DNA of 64,000 nucleotides from Orbicella franksi (Eukaryota): NCBI GenBank assembly GCA_964199315.1, contig OZ116698.1, positions 11,160,001 to 11,224,000 of the forward strand, read 5' to 3'. Shown piece by piece: positions 38,581 to 49,358 of this stretch (position 1 is its first letter; each line of letters starts with the position of its first letter). The notes under the pieces were generated by a model. It saw only the letters and a program-made list of their open reading frames with translations, ran no database searches and was not told where the DNA came from. The position numbers and the translations under genes were made by a program.

Positions 38581-39719
38581 AAACTGAAATCCAAAAACCA
38601 GTTTTGTAACTCTTCAACGAGGTTTTCTGCTTATATTATTGTTCTCTACTTTTGACTTTGATTAATGTTAAATTTCATTAGCGTTACTGGCTTAGGTACA
38701 ACATTACTGGACTCTAACGCGGAAGCTCACATCACCTACAATCTCAGACAAAATAGTTGGGACACTCACACGGATCCAGCGACCAATCTTGGAAAATGTC
38801 TTTTCAACTAAGTAGAAAGTAGGTGCCTGATTATCAACATTGTAAGAGGGGAGAAGGCAACAGCTTGCTTGGTGTCCCAAAATTTTCGTCTGGGATTGTC
38901 TAAAAGAGAAATTTAAAGAATGTCACACCACTCGCTGTAACAAAGGTTTGGACAAAAAGGGAGGGAGTTGTTTACTGTCTTGAGGGTGCAGCTAACGATC
39001 ACTACAAAAAATAAATCATGCAACTTAACAATACTCCGTAAAATACCACAGAGAGCACTTTACAATTCGTTTAAGACTAAATAAGAAAAAAAATCTATAA
39101 ACTTATTCTAGATTAAAATAGAAGTATTCCCTCCAATTTCCAGAAACAAAATTGACGTCACTGACCCAATATCGAATTCTGATACCGTGACGCCATGACA
39201 ATCGCGTAATATCTTAGGCGCTGGAAATAAGATTAAGCTGGATGACGTATCCCCCACTCCCCACCCCCCGGATCCCCCATCTCCTCGAATCAATGTTAGA
39301 AAATGTTGCGGGGTTTTTTTTTCTGCTTTTTTTTTTTCAGCTGAAAGGGGAACAATTACTTGTAGTTTAAGTGGGAGAAGGGGACAACTTGCTTGGTTTC
39401 TGGGCTTGTTGATATTATTTTGAGAAATTTGACAAGCTGGAAAATCCAGGGTGGGGGACTCGAGCCTCCATATGAAAGAGAGACCGAGAATGTTCGTGGT
39501 CTTGCTGACAGTTGCAAATCACTAATTTTGGTTTTACTTAGGGTGTGCAGGACGAAACTCCAAATCTTTTAGACTTCTTAGCTGTCAGGGTGTCTTTTAG
39601 GGTTAAATGCACATGCTAAAAAATTAAAAGGCAATACAAACCTTCATGTAAGTAGAATAGGAAGTAAATCAGTTTCAATATTTTAACGACTCTAATGTAA
39701 CAGTCTCCTTTTAAAGTAG

Positions 39720-39720
<1 letters not shown>

Positions 39721-39763
<43 letters not shown>

Positions 39764-40140
39764 TAATTTACCAATTTATATAGCACATATTTACATATTC
39801 TGATCAATAGCGCTTTACAATCACCATAAAAATAAAATAAATTTATAAATTATAAAAATACTTTTCAAAAAGATAAGTCTCAAGTCGAGATTTAACACTG
39901 TCAAGTGATGTTGCTTAACAAAGCTCCACAGGCAGGCCATTCCCGAGTTTCGGAGCTGCTGCTGAAAAATGATCTGGCCCCCAATGTTGTAAGCATCTTT
40001 CCCTTGGGATGGTGCAATAAGAGCTTCCCAGTAGACCTAAGATTACATGATAAATTCGATTTTATACTAATGAGATCACTAAGATAAGTTGGTGTAAGGC
40101 CATAAATACAATTAAAAGTCAAAAGTAATATCTTATAGTT
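39721..40140 (-). mobile_element. 5'-truncated L2/CR1-type LINE 3' end with (TTA)n tail
   Basis: The minus strand reads YKILLLTFNCIYGLTPTYLSDLISIK..NLRS..KLLL..PK.K.LTTLGARSF, typical of CR1/L2 ORF2 C-termini, then a short UTR and a (TTA)n tail at 39721-39760. The paralogous flank at about 56715-56735 is an empty site. Confidence 0.85.
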
Positions 40141-40309
40141 AACGGGTCAAATAAAGCTTGAGGACCTTGAGCTACAACTAGATTATTAAACTTACAGATG
40201 TGCACGTTGAAAGCGAGGCTTGATGGGGGAAGGAATAATTTGCCAGTCTGACGTAACACGTATAAAGGGTGTCATGGTTCAACACCACGCGGCCGTTATT
40301 TCTGTTGTA

Positions 40310-40558
40310 ACATAGTAAATAGTTTGAACCCAGGAGTATCAGTAGTTCGTATAGTGTGATCGTCCGGGTGAGGGTAGTTCTGAAAAGTACTGTTGTTGGA
40401 AACTGACGTTTCGACAACCTGAACGGAAGTCATCTTCAGAGTCAAGTTAATAATGTTTGTCAGTCGATGATGTTATAAGTCTGGTCCGTTAAACGTGATT
40501 GGTCAGTTTAGCCATGATGGTATTGGCTGAAAGACTCGTGGAAAGTTTGTCATCAGTC
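40310..40558 (-). mobile_element. Penelope-like element terminal-repeat remnant
   Basis: Minus-strand ttgactctgaagatgacttccg.tcaggttgtcgaaacgtcagt...ttcagaactaccctcacccggacgatcacactatacgaactactgatactcctgggttcaaac matches a repeat I recall as the 3' end of cnidarian Penelope-like elements; no ORF remains. The family call is from memory. Confidence 0.55.
40401..40445 (-). ncRNA. Putative minimal type I hammerhead ribozyme motif
   Basis: Minus-strand RNA: UGACU-CUGAAGA-U-GAC(UUCCGUUCAGGUU)GUC-GAAAC-GUC-AGUU. Core CUGANGA at 40433-40439, GAAAC plus GUC triplet at 40405-40412, stem I GACU/AGUU, stem II GAC/GUC plus CC/GG, stem III replaced by palindromic ACGU. Confidence 0.5.
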
Positions 40559-40821
40559 AGAACCACTCGCCTGCGGCTCGTGGTTCCACAGCCGCTTTGA
40601 CAATGTTAGGACGCAATTTATCATCAATAAGAGGACACACGCATAAAAAACTGACGTCAATTTGTTAAATGTCAGCAGTTGAAGCACGATCACGTAGTGT
40701 TCAAATCTGTGAACAACGCGCTTGAGGATCTGTCGCCTGGCGAGTCCTTTCACAGGTGGCCTAAGCTCGCAAATGAGCGTCTCATTTCCTGGTATCAAAA
40801 TATTTTGCGATCGGCAATGTC

Positions 40822-40961
40822 ATTCTATAGTGTATGGTTTCCAGTCAAAAGTTTCCATCACCTCAACGCCTTTGTCGCGCATGGACTGCACTGCTTTTTC
40901 AACAGGCGAAATCATTTCAACATCAGCACCACACGTGCAATGCGGATTGCGTGACGGTTCC
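40822..40961 (-). pseudogene. Truncated duplicate of the 3' end of the isochorismatase-like gene
   Basis: Reads EPSRNPHCTCGADVEMISPVEKAVQSMRDKGVEVMETFDWKPYTIE*, nearly identical to the C-terminus at 63632-63776. Homology ends abruptly at about 40961, where repeat sequence starts. Boundaries approximate. Confidence 0.85.
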
Positions 40962-40989
40962 TAAACGAACACGGTGACCCGTTATTTTT

Positions 40990-41544
40990 ATAGATCGTTT
41001 TCACTGTCACGCAATAAAAAAAATAAATCGAAAACCATCCAGTGGAAAAAGCTATGAAATTATGATGTTATAGAAGATAACTAAATAAGCCACTTCTCCA
41101 AGTTTTAGGCCTGTGCGTTTCCCCAAACTTCAGATATTCGTCGAAATGTTTCGCCGATATTTACAGAGCCCGGTACACCAATATGGCGGCCGGAAAATAG
41201 TGTAAACATTTGGAACTTACTTTGGCTATCTAAGCGACTGATTATCAGTACTGATCAAACAAGCATTTACATAAGCACTTTCCTAATGCTTTAACTTCTA
41301 AAAAGGCTCAAAATCATGGGATAAGTATATATTTTTCGACAAACTCGATCATAGCCTTGTGTCACGCACCTCCATAACCCTGAAATTCAAAATGCTCTGG
41401 ATTCCAAGCGAAGCACGCTATTGAGCTGTAAAATTGTAAACAGATATAAATATACCGCCTCTTGTGCGTGATGAGGACAAAAGCTTTGGTGGCGCTTTCG
41501 TTTTGGATTTTGGAAAGTGATGACGTCACGTGAAAACGATCTAT
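40990..41544. mobile_element. 555-bp non-autonomous TIR element
   Basis: Perfect 15-bp inverted ends atagatcgttttcac (40990-41004) / gtgaaaacgatctat (41530-41544). Confidence 0.8.
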
Positions 41545-44500
41545 TTCAAAATTTAAGTTCCTATAATATAAACAATCAATAGGCAAAGTTTGACAGAAAT
41601 CTCAGTGCTGGTTCTATTTCAGTGGAATGACCGGTTTAACACTGATAGTGGATTGAAAATACTTCCTTCAGCTGAGCGAAGAAATATGGTACCATAAACT
41701 TCCGAAAGTAACAACGGAAGTAATAAGGGGTTTGAGTTATTGGGCCAAAGAATCTTGCCTTCATGAAAGTGCGGGTAACATGAGCATATGGCATGGAAAA
41801 AGAGATTTATGCATGGCTTTTAATTTTTTTATGAAAAATAGTTACATTAAATTAAACTTAAGATATCGTTGCATTGAACGTCCCTCGAAAATGTTAGAAA
41901 GCCTATGTTTTGTCAAAGGGATTTGTAATTCCTTACTTAAGTTACAAACTTTGAGGAGGCCAGTTGCCTCAATTTTGTTCGGGAATAGGAAATCGCGATC
42001 TGCGAGTAGTCAACATGAGTTATTGAGGACAATAATTTACGTCTCACATCAAAGAAATTCGCTATAAACTTCGTGAGAATTGCCACAAATCACCCATTGT
42101 TGAATTGAAAGGAAGAGGTGGGGAACTGAAACCGTTGCCTATAAGTCACTCCTTTTTTTCGCCGTTATATCACGTTACGATATATATTTTAATAACTAAC
42201 ATTCTCGATGAGCCTTTGTTAGCTCGAGAGTATGAAAATAATGCTCGTCGTACCTTTTAGGGATTAGAAAAGCTTTTTTGGTATTTCTTAGGGTGTTCAG
42301 CCTCAAAAGATTCACCGGGCAGCTTTTGCAGTACCTTTTAGGGTATTGAGCCGAAAGAGATTATGTGACCCAAAGAGATTATGTGACTCGTGACTCGTAT
42401 TAAATTATGTGATTCATATTAACAACAAGAAACATCTGTGGTTTGTAGTTCTGCGTGCTTGCCGCTTATTGATACAACTGTGTGAGAGGAGAGAAAGTAT
42501 TCCCTCAGTCCCTTTTTGAAGATAAACCAAACATATTTTAAAAACGACTGATCCCCCCTGAAGGTCCCGGGGGAACTCCCAAGTCCAAATAGTCCTGGAC
42601 TCTCGTCGGAACTTTTGAATTAAATCTGGGCGTGGCTCTAGCTTTATTTATAGTGAGCCAAAAGATACCGCCTTAAAATGGACGCGACATTGCCTGTTTG
42701 CGGATAAAAGTAAACTCGAAGAGACTATGAGCTCTACTACGTTCGTCTCCAACCTTTTGCGACTAAGACAAAGTTGAACGATCGACTAAACATAATCCGG
42801 AGATTTATGAAAAATTCGTTGAGACGTGCAGCACAAAGCGAGGTCTAAGACAAGCGCAAGATACGCAGGGGCGCGCTCATAAGCAGTTCTTCTCCATGAT
42901 GGAGAACGAGACACCACCTGGCCACGGGAGTATGGCACCAACTGTTTTTGCTTGCGCTTGCATTGCTGAGAAATACAATCTTGTTTTCTAAGTGTCTCCA
43001 TTAACCACACGAAAGCGTCTGCCATTGATACAAAATGGAGACGTCTAATTACTTAAATGACCCATGAACGGACAGCAAAAAAATGACAGATCTTTCTGAA
43101 AGGTTTCCGAGGGGGCTCAATATCTGTCAGGATATAGAAATGTTCTAATCCAGGCCAAAGGACATCAAGAACTAAAATTTTTCTTTAAGTAGATGTATTT
43201 GTTGCATCTGATGGTTAAAGACTTAAGTAAACAGTTATTAGAGAAAGACACCCTGGAGACGCTTTATAAAAGAGTTCAGAATGATTTGGGCCACTTAAAA
43301 TTTCGTGGGAGCATTTGCTAGTCAACCAGGAACACACTTTTTCATCGCTCTACTGACGTAATAGCTTATTATATCTTTTGGAGTACTGACTGGTGTACTG
43401 AGGAATACGAGAGGATTCATTTCTATTATCTGTATGAGACTTTGTTAAGAAGACAATTTCATTCTCTGGTATTCTCTGAGAAGTAAGCTACATCTGAATT
43501 TACAAAGAAAAGAAACAAAGAGCAAGGTGACAAATCTATTCAGCTAAATTAGATTATCTAATGACCTCTCATAACTATGTATGGAAAATTACAAGTCAGT
43601 GATTGAAACTACTAAAATTAACTAGTAGCATTTGTAATTAAATGCGACTATTCGGTATACGTCGATCGAGGATCTATACACGTTAATTTGCTGTTCCAAC
43701 TATAGTCTGCAATTCGGTGAAGTTCTTGTTTATACGATGACGCCGGAAAGCTCGGTAAGATCAAAAGATCCTACAAAATGCAACAATAAAGTATAATTTT
43801 TCATGTAATAATGGTCTCCCACAAATTAAAGGAACCGAAGAAAGCTACGAAACTGAGTGATATATCGTCGTATTAAATGACGTCTGGAAACGAGAGGCTC
43901 GAAAATCATGTCGACAAAATCAGTAGTGAGACAGCATAGTCTGCTTTTGTTACCGTTTTAAACAAATCAGTACAGGATGACAATAGTGCTGCTTATTGAA
44001 GGTTGTATTGTGTAAAGATCACATTAGAAATTGCTGTTCTATACCACTGATACGTTTTGGTTTTGACGGAAGATAGATATTATTTTGTGGTGTTGTTCCG
44101 AATACTTTTAACGCGAGTTTTAAATGATGTTAACGGAAGAAAACCTAAAATATCAGGTGGGTCTTATTTTAGGAAATATCGATCAGTCAGGAATATGGCC
44201 GGCAGGCAATACAGAGTGCATTACGTTACTATCGTCGTGCATTTTCTATTAAATGGCAGTATTTAATCGCCTTTCTTTATTTTCTCGCTGCAGACAACTA
44301 ATCAATTTATGTCATCTAGAATGTACTGTATATGTTTTTTTAACTGTCTCACGCAGACAGACTCTAAAGCATGCGAAGTCTTGATCTACGTCTACAGAAT
44401 GCACGAAAACCATGAATATTGAACAATTATGTCATGAGCTCGATAATTTCTATCGCATAGCAGTTGACGAGGGCGCTTGCCCGATTTAACTGTCAACCAT

Positions 44501-46121
44501 CAATATCGAGAGCGAATAATCTAATTGTTTTAGTATAAATCTACTAGTCGTTCAAAACGTCATCTAAATCCTCTTTACAGACACTTTGTAAACGCAAAAA
44601 AGCTGCCGTCATTTTGTTACCAAGGGCACACTGCTACGCTACTCACTATTTATCACAGAATAGATAGTGAGTAGCGTAGCCAATAAGCGAACGTCATTTC
44701 TGACTGAACGTTTTAAAAGCTAATAACTTAAACCGAAAGTCAACAAATATTTCTGAGTCTGTGATGATGTGGAGTCAAATATATTAAAATAGCGTTGTAT
44801 TATCATAAATTCTCTTTGCAGCTAAATCGAAGCACTGATTGTACTATACGCACGCGATAAAGAGCTGCTTTTTCTTACACATTAATCAACATCGCTTTCA
44901 TTTTATATAACTATATTTTTCAGACCGCACGTCACTAAAGCAGTAGTAAGCTTTGTAAAATGGATAACGTGGTAGTAACATAATCTGAAACACAATATCA
45001 ACTCGAAAGGGAAAACAACGGGTAGCCTGCAAGGGGCCTACAAGCAGGCTCACGCTTGGAGAACACACGCGAGATCGCCTCGCTCGCGATCTCCCTCTTC
45101 GCCGTTCGCGCGTGTGACTCAAAGGTGGGCCTGGTCGCAAGCTGTCTACGCCATTCAAATCCAGCATTAAAATGTGTGAAAATTGCCATTAATTCCCTGA
45201 ATTGATCACCGAAGAAAGGTGATAGATATCACAGAACTCCTTCATCATGCCAGCATTCCTTTACCATGGTAAATATTTAAGTCTAACAGGTCGGGGTATG
45301 TTTACAAGGAGTGAGAAGACCTGATCTTTGTCAAAAAGCTGCTTAGTGATGGATGTGGTTTACAACACAATCTTGGCAACATCTTCAAACCAAAAGGGAG
45401 GGTCAAGATCACGTTTCACGGAAAATAAATTAGTCCTTTCACAATTCACGGAAAATAAAACTGGCATTTCACGTTTCAAAAAAAAAAAAATGGCATTTTT
45501 TGACACGAACTTACGTAACTTATAATATTTGAAAGGTTACGCCTAAAGCACAGCCTTGTTAGATGTCTTTATCATCCTTCCGGTTCTTATTCTGCGCGCA
45601 GCAAAAAGAAATCAATTACCTTGTTATACAAAAACCTGAGACCGCGAGAGAACGCGTAGCGAAAAAAACATCATTCAGCATCTTGGTTGGTGCTGTGTCA
45701 AACTCAAGCAACTTTTCCTGCTTTTGACATTCGGAAGAAATTCACCTTGACCAGTAACTCTAAAGAAAGGTGTGAAGATTTTGAATAGCAAGCTGCAAAG
45801 TTTACTGATTCGTGTGTTGATGAATAAAAGTTTCACCTTAAGACTGAAGACAACAGGAGAACATTCCATTTTGGAATCCTTTTATTGAAACATTTAACAA
45901 CAGTTACGTGCACCTTACATATTTTTCTGACGAATTTAATGATTACTTGAACACGTGATTTCAACCGTTCTATAGCTAAGATTCAAAGTTTTTTATCATT
46001 TTTTATGTGCCAAGAGAAACTGAGTTTTACTATTGAGACAACTTTAAACTATAAACGATGAACTCATTGATAACTACTTAAGAATTATACCGCTAAAGTT
46101 CTGCTGTTGGCCAGTTAGGTT

Positions 46122-48018
46122 TCAAACAACGACTACGCCCCTGGTTACAGTGCAGGCGACGACATCTCCATAACCGCGTTTCTGACGGCATTCAGAGATT
46201 TTTCCATTCTCATGGCACCTGTCATCCCTAAAATGAACTTCCACTCCTGCTCGACAAAGTTGCATGCTGTCCAGATGACTGTATTTGACTTCCTTTTCAT
46301 ACTTCATGACCATATCCGATTCAAAGGCACCTGGAACAGGTTGAAAAATTCACCATTAAGACGTCTTCAGAACCGTACATAACCATACGTAACGTTTATT
46401 TCAATTCGGATTGATTTACCTAGATTATTTACCGAAAGGTTCGCAAAGAGACAGTCAAAGTAATGCCAAGTAAATCTTGTGGGGATACTAGGTCATTTTT
46501 CAAGGGAGAGGCAAAGCAGAAATTGGCCGAAATTTAATGACACCAGCGCATCATCTAAACTTTATAGCCGGAGGAGTCCGGAATTCCCCAAGTAGTAAGA
46601 AGTTGGAGAAGAGAAAACTTAACACAACCTCATTCATTAGATCTCTTGGGAAGAAGAGAGACCCTGGGAACGAGGTTTGACAATAACAATGGCGTTTGGG
46701 ATATAAATACTGCAAAAAGTGGAAAACAAATTCAAACCTGAGGAATCAGGTACTTTTATGCTCCGCCATAATATTTGATGGCAAACTGGAATTTGTACGT
46801 GACTTTTTTTCAGCTCAATAGTTTAAGTAAGTTTTCCTTATTGGGTATTGGAGATGCTCTTCTTAATTCTTCGAGAGGCTCTGACTTGGGAAAGCAGTCA
46901 TGATGTAGAGTTGTCGTTTTTTAGGAGAAAAACTTCGAAAGGTACATAATGATAAATGAAACCAACTGCTTCATTGCGTGTAAACCAATTTAGGCCTGTC
47001 AGTATGGTTTGAAAAAAAGCAAACTAAAGCGAAATAAAGCAAAATCTTTGCTATTCAGTGACGGAAGTTTATTTGCCAGCAAGTGTGTCAGAACAAATGC
47101 CTAGGTTCGTTTCCCTTTCCGGAAACAGATTTGTCGAATCTAGATAAATCTCGGCAGGGCCAGTTGGAACTAACTGCAGTCAAGAGACATACAGTAGAAT
47201 TTACTCAAGACAACATCTTCAGTAATTATAACTTGCGATGAGCTTTGTAAAAAAAATTTCTGTGCTAAATTATTTACCTGGCAGCAAACGGTGTATTTCT
47301 TGGTAAATCTCCTGCAACTGCGAACAGCTCACAATCTTGTAGTACAGGTGAGTTCTTTCGTAACTCTTCTCGTCACTCCCCGGCATTTGTGTTAAACTTG
47401 AAGTAACTTGCTTTTCGTAGCCATGACTCTCAAGGTCTGCTTCCTTTAACATTTCAATCATCTGAGAGTGCGAGGGTCGAAAGTCGCGATTAGACATCCT
47501 TAGCTCCAAGGACTCTTCAGCAGTGGCATCTTTAAAAGTGAATGAAAAAATATCAATAAATATTCTTAGTTTGGGCGCAAAAACAATTACGAATAAATAC
47601 GAGTCAACCCTTAACGAAACAAGAAACAAAAAACACCTAGGCCCCGTCAATGAAAGCTCTATTTATAACACGGTTAAAAATATCAATACATTATAATAGA
47701 GAAAAGAAATACACTACATGTAAGATTTACTATTTGCCTTGTGGGAGTCGTCCAATGTAAAGAAATGGCCAATGTTGGGATTTTTTGCAATTTGCGGCCT
47801 CATATGTATATTCTGGCCTAGCGCTCCACTACACGTATCAAATAAAATAAAATAAAATACTGAGAGAAGAACTACCAATGATAGGTAGATGTAAAAAATA
47901 TTAGTTTCAACTGAAGTTAGTGAGAAAAGTGAAAAGGCTGAGCTCTCCATCAACTGAACTTACCGATGGCAAAGAATAATGAGCAAAAAACTACGATGAA
48001 GGTCACAGCACGAAACAT
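46122..48018 (-). CDS. Unrecognised secreted protein, 3 coding exons, 171 aa
   Basis: Exons 47964-48018 (phase-1 donor gtaagt), 47278-47529 (aag acceptor, gtaaat donor, phase 1-1), 46122-46330 (ccag acceptor) join in frame: MFRAVTFIVVFCSLFFAIDATA-EESLELRMSNRDFRPSHSQMIEMLKEADLESHGYEKQVTSSLTQMPGSDEKSYERTHLYYKIVSCSQLQEIYQEIHRLLPGAFESDMVMKYEKEVKYSHLDSMQLCRAGVEVHFRDDRCHENGKISECRQKRGYGDVVACTVTRGVVVV*. Minus-strand AATAAA at 45881-45886; probable 5'UTR intron 48101-48267. Confidence 0.8.
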
Positions 48019-49193
48019 CTTGGTTCCTTTCTCTTCAGTAACTTTCACTGTCAAGTGGTTAAACTCTCTTGATATCCAACTGACCAAGCGAATTCAGCAA
48101 CTAAAAGACAGAACACAAAGAATTTACAAGGACGAAAATACCCAGTTAACGTAGATGGGTTGTAGTATAAAAGACACAAGGGACACAGTACAAAAAGCCC
48201 TCAATTAAGTAACAAGCAAAATGGTCAAAATGACAAATTTCATTTTAAGCTGATCCTTTAGACTCACCGCACTTAAGTTTTCTTCTTACGATGTTTCTGT
48301 TCCTCCTGAATGCAGCCTTGACTTTAAAAATCTATCTGTACGAGCACCTGTACATATACTAGTTTGTGACCTTGTTTCACCCATTATTAGCTCTTCCTGA
48401 TCACGTGTTCACAGAAGCAAACCAGGATATGTTAAAGTATATCATAACATCTGAAAAAACATTACGCGTCAATGTCATGATCTATTTTAGAGACCGTTCA
48501 TTAATTATGGGTCAGTGGGCCCCCCGGAGGAAAATTAGGGGGGGTATCGAAAAATTTTTCAACAAGGAGGGGGGGGGGCTCCCAAAAACAGTCACAAAAC
48601 AGTCACAACGCGGTCTGGTAGAGTGGCCAGTAGGGTTTCAACTGTTATTCGCCACTAATATTAAAAAGGTACATTCGGTTTTTTCTTGGTTAACCAGGTT
48701 GTTGGAAAGGTGAAGGTAGGGGAGGGGGAGCTCGGAAATATATGTAAAGAAAATTTGGGGGACTTGAAAAAAATTACAGTCCATGGGGGGCAGGGAATTT
48801 TGTTTGAATATTGTTTAGTTTTCCTCCAGCCCACCCCTATGTTTAATTAATGAATGGCCTAATAGAGCTGACGATTAACAAGGTCAAGACCCATTTTCAA
48901 CTCTTCCTTTAACAACACAGCTGAAGGAAGTATTGTCGATCCACTGTCAGTGACTTTCCTTTGCAACGCAACGGCAAAACTTAAACAGTTAAAATTTAAA
49001 TTTTACCACTTGCTCATCAGATTCACAAAGTTTTACAACCGCCATCTTCAGAGACGCCAAAGAGTAGCCGAGTTGTTTTCTTCTTTGTTTCCATAGAAAT
49101 CGGAGTACATCAAAGTTCCCTTGTTTTTCGCTTTTAAGAAATGTTTAGTCCGCTCGTGAAGGTCGTAATTTTCTTCTTCCGTCAGTAATGGGA

Positions 49194-49358
49194 TAGACTA
49201 CGAGAAGTCCCTCTTTCGCTTAGTCCGTCGAGCGTGACCGTAAATAAACCACGAGCGCGCGTCTCGCTCCCAGGAGTCCGCGCGGCCATTTTTTTCTCGC
49301 GGTTTACTTTCGGGCCACGCACAACGGACTACGCGAAAAAGGGACTACTCGTAGTCTA
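49194..49358. mobile_element. MITE of the same family as 25520-25712
   Basis: Ends tagactacgagaagtccctctttcgc / gcgaaaaagggactactcgtagtcta; flanks gtaatggga / ggaatggga (8 of 9 match). Confidence 0.85.

Noticed and set aside
40941-40990. ttcgtttag|GAACCG looked like a splice acceptor making the isochorismatase fragment a real last exon
   Set aside because: The longer copy has no intron there, the upstream bases belong to repeat sequence, and no upstream exons were found.
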